A stretch of 64,000 nt of DNA from a candidate division WWE3 bacterium (GTDB lineage: Bacteria > Patescibacteriota > WWE3 > 2-01-FULL-39-13): positions 10,851-74,850 of the forward strand of contig CALRDH010000004.1 in NCBI GenBank assembly GCA_943354835.1. The letters are read 5' to 3'. A program made the translations under genes and the position numbers. Below, in pieces: positions 1 to 9,489 of the stretch. The notes under the pieces were generated by a model. The model searched no databases. It saw only the letters and a program-made list of their open reading frames with translations, and was not told where the DNA came from. Each line of letters begins with the position of its first letter. The first letter of the stretch is position 1.

Positions 1-658
1 ATTTGCCTATTATTCTATCGACAAAATGATACGGGACCTCAACGACTGAAAATCCTTCTCGAATGGGCTCAATATTTGTAGATATTGCAAAAGTGTAACC
101 TCCGTGAACAGCAATTTTATTTCTAATCTTTTCATAAACTTTTTTAGTAAATCCTTTATACCCAGATGTAAAATCTGTATGACCACTGCCAAAATATAAA
201 AACTGCATATATAAATTTCCAAATCGGCTTAGAATTTTTCTATGCCATCCCCAATTTTCTGGAATTCCTCCTCCTTTTTTATATCTAGTTCCACACACAA
301 AGTCATAACCTTCAGCTATGTTTTTTACGAACAAAGGAATTTTTGTTGCATCATGAGATAAGTCTGCATCAAAAGTTATAACAGCATCAGCTTTCATTAA
401 ATCAAATGCATGATCCATGGCTCCTGAATAAGCGGCTCCAAGTCCTTTTTTTTCTTTTTCCACAATTAGATGTATGTTTGAATCTTTTTTTATAAGTTCC
501 CTTACTTCATCTGCTGTTTTATCAGGAGAATTCGCGTCTGTAACAAGAATATGCATTTCGTGTCCGCTTACGGATCTAAACGAGGATTGCAAAGCATTAA
601 TAGTTTTTACAATATTTTCTTTTTCATTATAAGTAGGGATGACTACAACAAATTTCAT
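1..658 (-). CDS. Family 2 glycosyltransferase (dolichyl/polyprenyl-phosphate mannose synthase-like). It is partial and its C-terminus lies beyond the window edge.
   Basis: Manual translation of the minus strand from the ATG at 658 gives MKFVVVIPTYNEKENIVKTINALQ...ITFDADLSHD...CGTRYKKGGGIP..., typical GT2/DPM1-like motifs. The ORF runs off position 1, so it is absent from the ORF track. Confidence 0.7.
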   Translation of the reverse strand, partial: MKFVVVIPTYNEKENIVKTINALQSSFRSVSGHEMHILVTDANSPDKTADEVRELIKKDSNIHLIVEKEKKGLGAAYSGAMDHAFDLMKADAVITFDADLSHDATKIPLFVKNIAEGYDFVCGTRYKKGGGIPENWGWHRKILSRFGNLYMQFLYFGSGHTDFTSGYKGFTKKVYEKIRNKIAVHGGYTFAISTNIEPIREGFSVVEVPYHFVDRIIGK

Positions 659-668
659 TTTATAAAAA

Positions 669-944
669 TTAGAAAAATCTGATTATTCCAAGGCCCAACG
701 CAGATAACAGTATCACAATAGCAGACACTAGTGAATACTCGAATAGAACCAGCTTATCGAGTCTTTCTGTGTATCCATGATGCCAAATCCCCCAAAGTAT
801 GTATAACAATGAAAGGCCAACAAGTATGTAAAATCTGGAAAAATTATCTGCTGTTTTTTGAAAAAATAATGAAGCAACAGACATCGATATAACCAAAACC
901 GAATATTGTATAAAAACGACTAATGAATGACTCTTCTTTTTCAT
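669..944 (-). CDS. Small 3-TM membrane protein (possibly DUF2304-like partner of the GT2 gene)
   Basis: 91 aa, hydrophobic, immediately downstream of and co-oriented with the GT2 gene. Confidence 0.4.
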   Translation of the reverse strand: MKKKSHSLVVFIQYSVLVISMSVASLFFQKTADNFSRFYILVGLSLLYILWGIWHHGYTERLDKLVLFEYSLVSAIVILLSALGLGIIRFF

Positions 945-951
945 ATAAAAA

Positions 952-1785
952 TCATAACACTAAACCGATATTCGTGTACCAGATGCCTAATATCGCTAAA
1001 AGAAGTAACAAAATATGAAAAAACGTGTTGCCTGATATTCTTAAATTGCCAGTCCTTTTTACATAAAACCAGTCAAGCGATATAAATGCAGTGATAAATA
1101 TACCTAAAATCAAGGCAATATATCTTGAAGCGTTCATAACTGACATGGTGCTAAGAACTGATCCTATAACTGGTACAACTTCAACCGCAGGAACAGGGAC
1201 ATCTACAGGAACAGCTACTGGGACCTCCACTGGCTTTGGATTTTCCTTTTTTACTGCAGGTGGCAAAGCAGCAACAGTATTTTGTTGTCTTTGATATCCA
1301 AACATTTGAACAATAAGTGTAGTTTTTCGTCCTTGAAGTTCACCATCTACGACTGCAAAACCTATTTCGTCATATTTCGAACTCAATAAATTATCTCTAT
1401 GTGAAGGAGAATTATTCCACGCATCAACAACATCCTTGGACCTAGAAAAATCCACAGCTAAATTTTCACCAGCAAAAATATAATCGTATCCGGATCCAGT
1501 AATAAAATCCCAAGGCTCTTTACCACTTGGTGAAGTGTGAGCCCAATAGTCATCTTTAAACATATCGGCTGCTTTCGCCTTTGCGGCTTTCGATAATTCA
1601 TCATTTAAAGTAAGATCGCTAAGTCCATTTTTTTCACGCAAAGCATTTGTATAAGTCAATAAATCTGACACTTTTACATCTGTGGCATATCCAAGAATAT
1701 CTGGAACTTTTAGAACCAAAATAAAGTTAATAAATAAAATCGATATTATGAAAAATACATAAGTTATAAGAGTTTTATGAAGCAT
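952..1785 (-). CDS. CAP/SCP (PR-1/YkwD-like) domain protein with N-terminal TM, Pro/Val-rich linker and C-terminal TM segments
   Basis: Motifs DYWAHTSPSG, GENLA and AWNNSPSHRDNLL. Linker PVEVPVAVPVDVPVPAVEVVPV. Hydrophobic N- and C-termini. Confidence 0.65.
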   Translation of the reverse strand: MLHKTLITYVFFIISILFINFILVLKVPDILGYATDVKVSDLLTYTNALREKNGLSDLTLNDELSKAAKAKAADMFKDDYWAHTSPSGKEPWDFITGSGYDYIFAGENLAVDFSRSKDVVDAWNNSPSHRDNLLSSKYDEIGFAVVDGELQGRKTTLIVQMFGYQRQQNTVAALPPAVKKENPKPVEVPVAVPVDVPVPAVEVVPVIGSVLSTMSVMNASRYIALILGIFITAFISLDWFYVKRTGNLRISGNTFFHILLLLLAILGIWYTNIGLVL

Positions 1786-1787
1786 AT

Positions 1788-2105
1788 TTATGAATGTTTG
1801 TGATGATCATGCTTTTTCTCATACCCACTTGCCTTGTTAAGCATCCTGTTTGCTTTTGGCCACGAAATAAGCCAAATCAAAGTTCCATATATTGTTAGAA
1901 TTGTGAAGATCGCAGCTTCTACAAATGAAGACCACTTTATCGTTTCTCCGCTTGTAGCTAAATACATCTGTATAGCATTGGCTAGAATGAAAAAAACTGC
2001 ACTACCAGTTAAGAAAGTTCGAGAATCAACTCCTAATAATTTGCATCCTGAAATCCTGATGTGTACTAAAATAAAAGCATCTTCAAATAATTTCATATTT
2101 AACAA
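1788..2105 (-). CDS. Hypothetical small membrane protein
   Basis: 105 aa with 2-3 predicted TM helices and a His-rich C-terminus (HDHHKHS). Confidence 0.35.
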   Translation of the reverse strand: MLNMKLFEDAFILVHIRISGCKLLGVDSRTFLTGSAVFFILANAIQMYLATSGETIKWSSFVEAAIFTILTIYGTLIWLISWPKANRMLNKASGYEKKHDHHKHS

Positions 2106-2240
2106 ATACTATTCCGAATTATTACCACATGCAACTAATTAAATTAATGTAATTTAAATGTCCCTCTACATACATATTGACGATTTTAGATATATATAGT
2201 ACATTGTGTTCACTACCTTACAGGCGTTTAGACATCTGTA

Positions 2241-2270
2241 AGCAACAGGAGCGAAAGCTCCTGTTTTACT
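2241..2270 (+). terminator. Stem-loop AACAGGAGC-GAAA-GCTCCTGTT followed by TTTACTTT. Intrinsic-terminator-like on the plus strand.
   Basis: Perfect 9-bp stem with a GAAA tetraloop and a T-rich tail. A TTGACG...TACATT promoter-like element lies about 40 nt upstream at 2177-2205. Confidence 0.35.
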
Positions 2271-2820
2271 TTATGGGCATAGCTTGAAAATAAGACCTTT
2301 TTGCCTTACGAGGTAAATCCGCAAGAGATCTTAAATGCATAGAGCATTTACCCTTAAAATAAACCAGTTCAACTCGTTTTTTATAAGATTTAATTACTTG
2401 GACTGCAGAAGCATAATCCCCATCATTCGCTATAATTACACAAATATCATATCTTTGGCTGAAAGCCTTTTCTAATATTTGTACTGCCATCTGCGTGTCC
2501 AAATCTTTTTCTTGTAAAGAATTTGGCAAACCTGTTAGTCTTCCATAAAACATATTAACTTTTTCAAGTTTTCCTATTGCGCTATAGTATGATTGTTGAG
2601 CTTTGTAATTTGTAATATCCTTTTCAGTACCTTTCAACATGTGAACAGGAGGTTGTGTACAAAAAAAATTGACCTCAATAAGTTCTCGGTTACTACCAGT
2701 AAGTTTTTCTGCAAGATATAACGGGTTATAAAATGTAGGCCATAAATCATCGACCATACGGTTTTCCTTTAATCTGTAGTAAACATTCGTGTGATCTATA
2801 AAAACGGCGACTTTATTCAT
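2266..2820 (-). CDS. NYN/LabA-like (PIN-like) domain protein
   Basis: VAVFIDHTNV...DTQMAV...ANDGDY acidic-residue pattern of NYN domains. Confidence 0.5.
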   Translation of the reverse strand: MNKVAVFIDHTNVYYRLKENRMVDDLWPTFYNPLYLAEKLTGSNRELIEVNFFCTQPPVHMLKGTEKDITNYKAQQSYYSAIGKLEKVNMFYGRLTGLPNSLQEKDLDTQMAVQILEKAFSQRYDICVIIANDGDYASAVQVIKSYKKRVELVYFKGKCSMHLRSLADLPRKAKRSYFQAMPIK

Positions 2821-2884
2821 AAAAACATGATATCACGCTATACGCCATCATAGGATAAATTATGAACAATTAGTTCGAACAAAC

Positions 2885-4120
2885 CTATTTTACGTGTAGA
2901 TAATAGCTGACAATACCATCACCATGATTTATAGCAACATACTTAATTACTGGGCCGCCACAGTTCATAGTACCCTTCGCTAAAACACCGCCTTCTGGCG
3001 CATATATATATGTATCAGAAGACCCCATATCCAATCCATCATGCTTGCGGCTAGCATACCGCCAAGACCAAGGTGTTTTCCCATAAAGTTGGTTAATGGT
3101 AGGATCCTTCATCGGCCAAGACCATTCCCCTGATCCTATTGATTTATTGCCAGAGTCAAAATCATATACAAAGATTTTTTTAGATTCCAAATACTTAGCT
3201 GGATCAACAACAATCCCATTTTTCCTGACTTCAAAATGCAAATGGGCTCCCGATGAGCATTTGGGATATCCAGAATTACCCATAATAGCAATCAGCTCTC
3301 CTTCCTTAATCTCTTTGCCATCTTTAAAATTGATGCTGTTAACAATATTTTGAATTGCTTCTAGTTCTGCCTTTGCCTGATTCAATAATTCTTGATATTT
3401 CTTCTCGTCGTTTTTTGTTATCTCAATCAATTTATCCTTTGCTTTTTTTTGTTCCTCAAGTGTTGCCCTAAGTTGTTCTGATTGTGATCTTTGTTTTTCG
3501 ATTTGTTTTTTAATTTCTACAACCTGATTTTTCTTATCTGCTAAAACTTCTTGCTCGACTTCATAATTATCTTTAGTTGAATTCATTTTACTTAGAAGTT
3601 CTTTATCTTCAGCCTCTACCTTTTGTATGTATTTAATACGAGCCATAAAATCACTTAAATTATCAGAGCTAATCAAAAGTTCAAAAGTCGTATATTGATG
3701 TTCGATATATTCGCGTTTTATTCTTTTTGCCAAAAGTCCCTTATGATAATCAATGGTTTCGCCAAGTCGATTTAGTCTAATTTCAAGTAAATCGATATCT
3801 TCTTGAAGAATTTTCAACTCTTCTTGTTTTTGTTCAATCTGATAATCAGCTTGTCTAATCTGAACATTTTTTAATGCAATTTCACTTTCTATAATTTCTT
3901 TTTCTCTTGCAAGTGAAGCTTCTTTATTTTTTGCCGCATCCAAGGCCTTTTGCAACTTAGTAATTTCATCTGCAACTTCATCAGCCTCTTTTGTAGCCCC
4001 AACTCCCTTATATCCAAATGAAAATGGTAAAACAACGATTATTAGTAGTGCAATGAAAACTGCGCTGACATAAAACAAAATCCCTCTAGTTTTAAAAATT
4101 CTTTTGTGAAATATAGACAT
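2885..4120 (-). CDS. M23 family peptidoglycan metalloendopeptidase with long N-terminal coiled coil (EnvC-like)
   Basis: C-terminal GNSGYPKCSSGAHLHFEVRKNG M23 motif, a Q/E/K-rich coiled coil and an N-terminal TM. Sits directly downstream of ftsEX. Confidence 0.8.
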   Translation of the reverse strand: MSIFHKRIFKTRGILFYVSAVFIALLIIVVLPFSFGYKGVGATKEADEVADEITKLQKALDAAKNKEASLAREKEIIESEIALKNVQIRQADYQIEQKQEELKILQEDIDLLEIRLNRLGETIDYHKGLLAKRIKREYIEHQYTTFELLISSDNLSDFMARIKYIQKVEAEDKELLSKMNSTKDNYEVEQEVLADKKNQVVEIKKQIEKQRSQSEQLRATLEEQKKAKDKLIEITKNDEKKYQELLNQAKAELEAIQNIVNSINFKDGKEIKEGELIAIMGNSGYPKCSSGAHLHFEVRKNGIVVDPAKYLESKKIFVYDFDSGNKSIGSGEWSWPMKDPTINQLYGKTPWSWRYASRKHDGLDMGSSDTYIYAPEGGVLAKGTMNCGGPVIKYVAINHGDGIVSYYLHVK

Positions 4121-4126
4121 GTGAGT

Positions 4127-5005
4127 CTAGTAATTAATATATCTGCGAGTTGCAAAATATCCGCTTATAGTTGAAAGAAGAACGCCGAAAACAAGCTCAA
4201 CCGATAAGCCGATTGCGATCACAGAAAAATCAATACTTGAAACTTGCAGACTACCTAACGCAAGAGTCATCATATTTTGATATTGAGTTAATAAAAGTGG
4301 AATTATAATCGCCGATGCAATCAAAACAGAAACAACAGTTGAGAAAATTCCCTGATATATAAAAGGCGCCCTTACGTACCAATCCGTCGCACCGACTAAT
4401 TTCATAATTATTATTTCATTTTTTTGTGAATAGATTGTGATGCCAATAGTTAAGAAAATTATTAAGATCGTAGAAATCGTAAATACCAAAAGCAAAGTTC
4501 CGCCAAAAACTTGAATTCCAAATACGATTTTCGCAAGTGTTGAAACAACATTTTCGGAAGCCAAAACGTCACTAATTAATTCATTCGATTTGAAGTATTC
4601 GGAAACAGATGAAATCTTATATAACGAAACTGCTTTTACATTTAAATGAGCAGGAAAAACATTTGCAGTTACACCTTCTATAATATCTTGATTATCTTTT
4701 GCATCTTCAATAAAAGACTGCATTGCTTGCTCTTTTGAAACATACTTAACCTCAGCAACATAATCTGTAGCTTCTAAAGATTTTTTTACTTCCAAAATTT
4801 GTTCCTCTGTAACATCATCCTTAAAAAAGCCGATGACTTCTGGTTTTTGAGTGAAATATACCGAAATAGAATTTGATGTATATATTAGTGTTAACAAAAC
4901 TCCAAGTATAATGAACGTTGTCGTCATCATAAAAATGACAGCGTATGCACGCCAGCCACTTCTTTTTAAATTTAGTGCAGTTCTAGCAAATATTGAATTA
5001 TTCAT
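4127..5005 (-). CDS. ftsX: Cell division ABC transporter permease FtsX
   Basis: 292 aa, N-terminal TM plus 3 C-terminal TMs, overlaps the ftsE stop by 8 bp. Confidence 0.8.
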   Translation of the reverse strand: MNNSIFARTALNLKRSGWRAYAVIFMMTTTFIILGVLLTLIYTSNSISVYFTQKPEVIGFFKDDVTEEQILEVKKSLEATDYVAEVKYVSKEQAMQSFIEDAKDNQDIIEGVTANVFPAHLNVKAVSLYKISSVSEYFKSNELISDVLASENVVSTLAKIVFGIQVFGGTLLLVFTISTILIIFLTIGITIYSQKNEIIIMKLVGATDWYVRAPFIYQGIFSTVVSVLIASAIIIPLLLTQYQNMMTLALGSLQVSSIDFSVIAIGLSVELVFGVLLSTISGYFATRRYINY

Positions 5006-5678
5006 ATTTACCTTCCTTTTTATCTTTTACTATTTTGCCTTTTTCAACATGAATAACTCGTTTCTTTAGTGAATTTACAATGTCTTCATTATGAGTTCCA
5101 AAAATAATTGTTGTTCCCCATTTATTTATTTTCTTGATTAAATCAACGACAACCCAAGATGCCGTACTATCAAGATTTCCCGTAGGTTCGTCTGCTAAAA
5201 GAATTTTTGGTTCATGAGCCAAAGCCCTTGCAATTGCGAGTCTTTGTTTTTCTCCACCAGACAAATTTTTTGGAAATCTTAATGCCTTATCACCAAGTCC
5301 TACTAAATTTAAAAGATTAGGAACAATTTGATCAATTTCAGAATTTGGTTTACCAACAACATGCAAAGAAAGAGCAACATTTTCAAAAACATTTCCAGAA
5401 TCAAGCAATTTAAAATCTTGATAAATGTAGCCGACCTTTCGCCTTAGTGAAGGAACCTCTTTCTTTTTTAAACTTGATAAATTAACACCATCGACAATGA
5501 CGTCACCTTCTGTTGGATCTTCTTCTTTGACAATATGGTTCATTATTGTCGTTTTCCCGGCTCCAGACGATCCAATCAAAAAAATAAATTCACCAGGTTC
5601 GACTGAAAATGAAATACCATCAAGTGCTGATGTACCGTCTGGAAATTTTTTTGAAACATTCTTAAAGTCTATTATCAT
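4998..5678 (-). CDS. ftsE: Cell division ABC transporter ATPase FtsE
   Basis: Walker A GSSGAGKTT, signature LSGGEKQR and Walker B ILLADEP. Confidence 0.9.
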   Translation of the reverse strand: MIIDFKNVSKKFPDGTSALDGISFSVEPGEFIFLIGSSGAGKTTIMNHIVKEEDPTEGDVIVDGVNLSSLKKKEVPSLRRKVGYIYQDFKLLDSGNVFENVALSLHVVGKPNSEIDQIVPNLLNLVGLGDKALRFPKNLSGGEKQRLAIARALAHEPKILLADEPTGNLDSTASWVVVDLIKKINKWGTTIIFGTHNEDIVNSLKKRVIHVEKGKIVKDKKEGKYE

Positions 5679-6070
5679 TTTAATTTAATACTCCTAACTT
5701 CCATTATTGCATACCCGAGACCATTTCCGGCAGCAGACTTTCCAATGACTTCTACATTTAGGCCAACTGAAAGCCCAAAGTCGAGTTTTGTTGAAATTAA
5801 ATAGGAAATTAATTTGCCGTTTGAATCGTAAAGTCCATATTTATAAGTCACGCCATCCATTTCAGAAACCGATCTAATTACACCAGACAAAGTTTTTTCT
5901 TGTGAATCATCCGTTGGAGGTTGAAAATACGCATTCGGATCAACTTCTTTATTTATGGAATAATCTTTTTTCTCAAAGCCTGTAAATATCTGATATCCAC
6001 CAACGACAACAAGTATGGCAATAAAAAGGTACGCAAAATTCTTATAGGAATTGTATTTTTCTTCTGGCAT
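5675..6070 (-). CDS. Hypothetical membrane-anchored protein
   Basis: 131 aa with a single N-terminal TM and no recognisable motif. Confidence 0.35.
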   Translation of the reverse strand: MPEEKYNSYKNFAYLFIAILVVVGGYQIFTGFEKKDYSINKEVDPNAYFQPPTDDSQEKTLSGVIRSVSEMDGVTYKYGLYDSNGKLISYLISTKLDFGLSVGLNVEVIGKSAAGNGLGYAIMEVRSIKLK

Positions 6071-6104
6071 GGCAGTTTCTAATTACTTACTAAATTCGAG
6101 TATA

Positions 6105-7112
6105 TCAAACATTAGTACTTAAAAGCGATGCGTTTATAAATCCATCTAAATCACCATCTAAAACAGCATCTGGGTTTGTTGATTCATAATCTGTTCTATG
6201 ATCTTTTACTAATTTATATGGTTGTAAAACATATGATCGTATTTGATTTCCGAAGCCTGCTTCTTTATATTCACCACGCAAATCAGATTCTTCTTTTCGC
6301 CTTCGTTCTTCTTCAATTTGGACTAATTTTGACATAAGCATATGCATAGCAATTTCTCTATTTTTTATTTGTGATCTTTCTTGTTGTGAAGCGACAACAA
6401 TTCCAGATGGAATATGCTTAAGCCTTACTGCAGTTTCGACTTTATTTACATTTTGACCGCCAGCTCCACTTGCTCTCATCATTGTCATTTCAATATCTTC
6501 ATCTTTGATTTCAATTTCGGCTTCTTTTTCTATTATAGGAAGAACTTCAACTTTTGAAAAAGATGTTTGCCTTAAATTTTGTGCATTAAAAGGAGAAAGT
6601 CTAACAAGTCTATGAATTCCAATTTCTTGTTTTAAAAGCCCATACACATAAAGACCTTCAACTTTATAAGTAGCAGTTTTAACACCAGCTTCTTCACCAT
6701 CTACTTTATAAATCAAAGAGTATTTCCATTTCTTTCTTTCGAAATATCTTGTATACATTCTTTCTAGAATTCCTGTCCAGTCCATAGCTTCAGTTCCGCC
6801 TGCACCTGAATGTAATGTAAAAAACGCACCACTTTTGTCGTAGTTTCCTGAAAGGTACAAAAGAAATTCCAAACTTTTAACTAATTTTTCAAGTTCCTTT
6901 TCGTCTTGATCTAAAAGCAAAAGATCCAAAAAATCAATATCCTCAATTGTCTTTTTTATATCTGATAATTCTTGTGATAATGTAGAGGCGTTTTCCCTAT
7001 CATTCCAAAATGATACGTCACTCATCATACCTTCAATTTCTTTTAATCTTTTATCCAAAGTCTCCCTATCAAGATTTTGTTTAATTTTTTCTGCACGCTC
7101 AACTATTGTCAT
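6105..7112 (-). CDS. prfB: Peptide chain release factor 2
   Basis: SPF tripeptide (LVRLSPFNA) and GGQ motif ([18 protein letters not shown]). One uninterrupted ORF with no +1 frameshift site. Confidence 0.9.
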   Translation of the reverse strand: MTIVERAEKIKQNLDRETLDKRLKEIEGMMSDVSFWNDRENASTLSQELSDIKKTIEDIDFLDLLLLDQDEKELEKLVKSLEFLLYLSGNYDKSGAFFTLHSGAGGTEAMDWTGILERMYTRYFERKKWKYSLIYKVDGEEAGVKTATYKVEGLYVYGLLKQEIGIHRLVRLSPFNAQNLRQTSFSKVEVLPIIEKEAEIEIKDEDIEMTMMRASGAGGQNVNKVETAVRLKHIPSGIVVASQQERSQIKNREIAMHMLMSKLVQIEEERRRKEESDLRGEYKEAGFGNQIRSYVLQPYKLVKDHRTDYESTNPDAVLDGDLDGFINASLLSTNV

Positions 7113-8185
7113 CTTTTAATCGAATCAAAGACAAGATATGGATTACTTCCAATAACACTTTGAGCATACAATTCCATTGATCCAATATCAGCAGTCTTTG
7201 CAGATAATGATCCTCTATCAACAATTCTTACAACAATAGGCATGTGCTCCCAAACTTCTAAAGTTTTAGAAAGTGGTGGCAAGACTATTGATAAATTAAA
7301 ACTTGAAACGCCGAGTCTTTCTTTCATAGTATTTAATGTATCACTAACAACATCAGCTAATGCTTTATTTAATGACGTTCCAAAAATCATGATTTCCTTT
7401 TCTTTAATAGGAGTAATATTCACAAGAAGTCTGACGTCGCCTATTTTTTGAGCAAGACCTAGTTTTTCATGAATTGAATAAACATCATCAAAATAATTAC
7501 TTCTATTTCTTTCTTGATATTTATGTGCAGAGACTCTTAAATCCTCGACTTTTGCATACGCTTGCCCTTCTGTAAGAACGACCTGTGCATGACCATGAAT
7601 AACTGATGCACCTGCTTTCCATAAACAATTCCAAGTAAAAAGCGGATAAATCGCGAATTTATTATGCTTATTCGCTTTCATAAACCACTCATGCGCAACG
7701 GCAAAATAATCACGAACTCTTTTTCTAGAAAATAGCAAAGGATTATGTTCGTCAAAAATAATCAGTCCATGAAAACCGTCGTATTTAGCAACGTTTGAAG
7801 CTGTTATACAATATTTTCCTTTTACGCGTCCAAAAACATCCGCAGGAGTTCCTTTTTCAGGATGCATAAATGGATCCCCGTCAGTAGATTTAATCTGATC
7901 CATAACATCATTAAAGTTATAACCGCTTTCGACAAGAGGCCTCATCGTACGAAGTTCATTAAAAATTGCCCCTTCGTATGTAACAGTGTTTGTTATTCTT
8001 ATAAAATCTTGTTTTTGAACATGAGCGACTGATCCAAAAGTTGTTTCAACCCAAGAGTCCATTTCGATAGGAACAACAAGTTCGCCCTTTGTTTCCCAGC
8101 ATGAATAAACTTTATCAAACAATTCTTTTTCAACTTTGCTAAAACTATTTAATTTTTTAAAAAACTGATCTTTAAAACCGCTCAT
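7109..8185 (-). CDS. GalT/HIT-superfamily-like nucleotidyltransferase (DUF4921/DUF4931-like)
   Basis: HGHAQVV resembles the HPHGQ/HxHxQ active-site motif of GalT-type transferases. 358 aa. Confidence 0.35.
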   Translation of the reverse strand: MSGFKDQFFKKLNSFSKVEKELFDKVYSCWETKGELVVPIEMDSWVETTFGSVAHVQKQDFIRITNTVTYEGAIFNELRTMRPLVESGYNFNDVMDQIKSTDGDPFMHPEKGTPADVFGRVKGKYCITASNVAKYDGFHGLIIFDEHNPLLFSRKRVRDYFAVAHEWFMKANKHNKFAIYPLFTWNCLWKAGASVIHGHAQVVLTEGQAYAKVEDLRVSAHKYQERNRSNYFDDVYSIHEKLGLAQKIGDVRLLVNITPIKEKEIMIFGTSLNKALADVVSDTLNTMKERLGVSSFNLSIVLPPLSKTLEVWEHMPIVVRIVDRGSLSAKTADIGSMELYAQSVIGSNPYLVFDSIKR

Positions 8186-8188
8186 AAT

Positions 8189-8893
8189 TTAATGAAACTT
8201 TTCATGAAAAATATTTGTACTCAAAACTCCCTTTTCTAAAAGCATTGCTTCCGCAGATTTTACCATTTCTGTCCCTCCACAAATAAAATATTGCGAATCA
8301 GGGATTATTTCAGGACTTAAATTAGGAATAAACTGCGTAACATAGCCACTAATTGTTTCAGGCAAAGACTCTTTTGATAAATACTTTGTGTATTCCTTTA
8401 TTGAACCATCGCGCAAATAGGAATCAAACAAATCAGTATAAAATAAATCATTTATATTTCTTGTTCCAAAATGCAAATGTATATTGTGTTTCTTACAAAG
8501 TCCTTTAATTATCAAAGTTTCTATCATTGATCGAAGTGGAGCAATTCCGGTTCCCGTTGCAATAAAAAATAAATTAGTTGAAAGCATTTTAGGCATGACG
8601 AAATTTCCAATTGGACCTATAAAAGAAATTTCGTCATCAATATTTAATGACAATAGGTGATTCACACCAAGTCCATTTGGTTTTATATCAACGCATAAAA
8701 TAAATTCGTTTTCACTTGATAATGGCGAAGAAGCAATCGAATATTGTCTTCGTGTTTTTGGATCAACAATAATCGCAACATATTGACCAGCCTCGAAATA
8801 TAATTTGTGAGATTCAAGCAATTCAAATTTAAATTCCCATACAAAATTTGCTATTTGTTTTTTTTCTATTAATTTTGCCGAAGATTTAGCCAT
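8189..8893 (-). CDS. FAD/NAD(P)-binding ferredoxin-NADP-reductase-like oxidoreductase
   Basis: RRQYSIASSP (RxYS FAD motif) and ATGTGIAPLRSM (NAD motif). No C-terminal Cys cluster. Confidence 0.7.
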   Translation of the reverse strand: MAKSSAKLIEKKQIANFVWEFKFELLESHKLYFEAGQYVAIIVDPKTRRQYSIASSPLSSENEFILCVDIKPNGLGVNHLLSLNIDDEISFIGPIGNFVMPKMLSTNLFFIATGTGIAPLRSMIETLIIKGLCKKHNIHLHFGTRNINDLFYTDLFDSYLRDGSIKEYTKYLSKESLPETISGYVTQFIPNLSPEIIPDSQYFICGGTEMVKSAEAMLLEKGVLSTNIFHEKFH

Positions 8894-9125
8894 CTAATAA
8901 TTTCTTGTCATTTAAAACTCTATTTACCTCTTCTAACATCTCCTCGATTTCTTCATCAATCATTCCATGAATTTCGGCACCCTCACCAATAGTATCAAAT
9001 GCACTCGCAAAACACCCGACGCAATGAAGTCCAAATGCAGTCAAAACTTCTACAGCATCTGGATGATTATTAACTAATTCTGCGATATTTGTTTCTTTTG
9101 TTATTTTTATTTTATCTTTTTTCAT
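8886..9125 (-). CDS. DUF1858 domain protein
   Basis: 79 aa with a GLHCVGC motif characteristic of DUF1858. Confidence 0.55.
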   Translation of the reverse strand: MKKDKIKITKETNIAELVNNHPDAVEVLTAFGLHCVGCFASAFDTIGEGAEIHGMIDEEIEEMLEEVNRVLNDKKLLDG

Positions 9126-9489
9126 TTTTATTTAAGGCACTTTTTAATGCTCTAAAACCAACTAAAGCGCATTTTCTTCTTGCAAAAGTCAAATCAATAC
9201 CTAGTAGTTTAATATATTCGTCTTCAGTTAAAGATTCAGCAAAATCTAAATTTTTACCGATAATAAAATCTGACAAAATCGAAATTGCTCCAGTTGAAAT
9301 AATACAACCAGAAGATGAATACCCAATATCTTTTATAACTCCGTTTTCTACTTCAAGTTCAATTGCGACCTCGTCTCCACATGAAGAATTAATATCTTTT
9401 CCAGCATGAGATTTTACTTTAAGCGTTTTATTATAATGTTGGTTTTTATAATGAAATAAAAATTCGTCTTTATATAGTGTGTCTGTCAT
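9112..9489 (-). CDS. sufU: SufU/NifU-like Fe-S cluster scaffold/sulfur-transfer protein
   Basis: Three conserved Cys in the NSSCGDE, SGCIIS and RRKCALVG motifs. Confidence 0.75.
   Translation of the reverse strand: MTDTLYKDEFLFHYKNQHYNKTLKVKSHAGKDINSSCGDEVAIELEVENGVIKDIGYSSSGCIISTGAISILSDFIIGKNLDFAESLTEDEYIKLLGIDLTFARRKCALVGFRALKSALNKNEKR

Noticed and set aside
10-222. 70-aa ORF from the track on the minus strand
   Set aside because: It is out of frame with, and fully embedded in, the clearly coding GT2 glycosyltransferase reading frame (1-658, minus). Spurious.
1091-1294. Plus-strand ORF encoding a TGTTSTAGTGTSTGTATG repeat
   Set aside because: It is the antisense shadow of the Pro/Val-rich linker of the CAP-domain gene, not a separate gene. 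The same applies to other small antisense ORFs in the track such as 3096-3353, 7242-7451, 9089-9409, 16798-17118, 22045-22275 and 56400-56798.
6105-7112. Programmed +1 frameshift in prfB
   Set aside because: I looked for the CUU UGA C-type site near codons 20-30. The ORF is continuous with no internal stop.
8189-8893. PyrK (DHODH electron-transfer subunit) partner for pyrD
   Set aside because: FNR-like FAD/NAD motifs are present, but the C-terminal Cys cluster for the 2Fe-2S centre is absent. It is also 7 kb from pyrD on the opposite strand.
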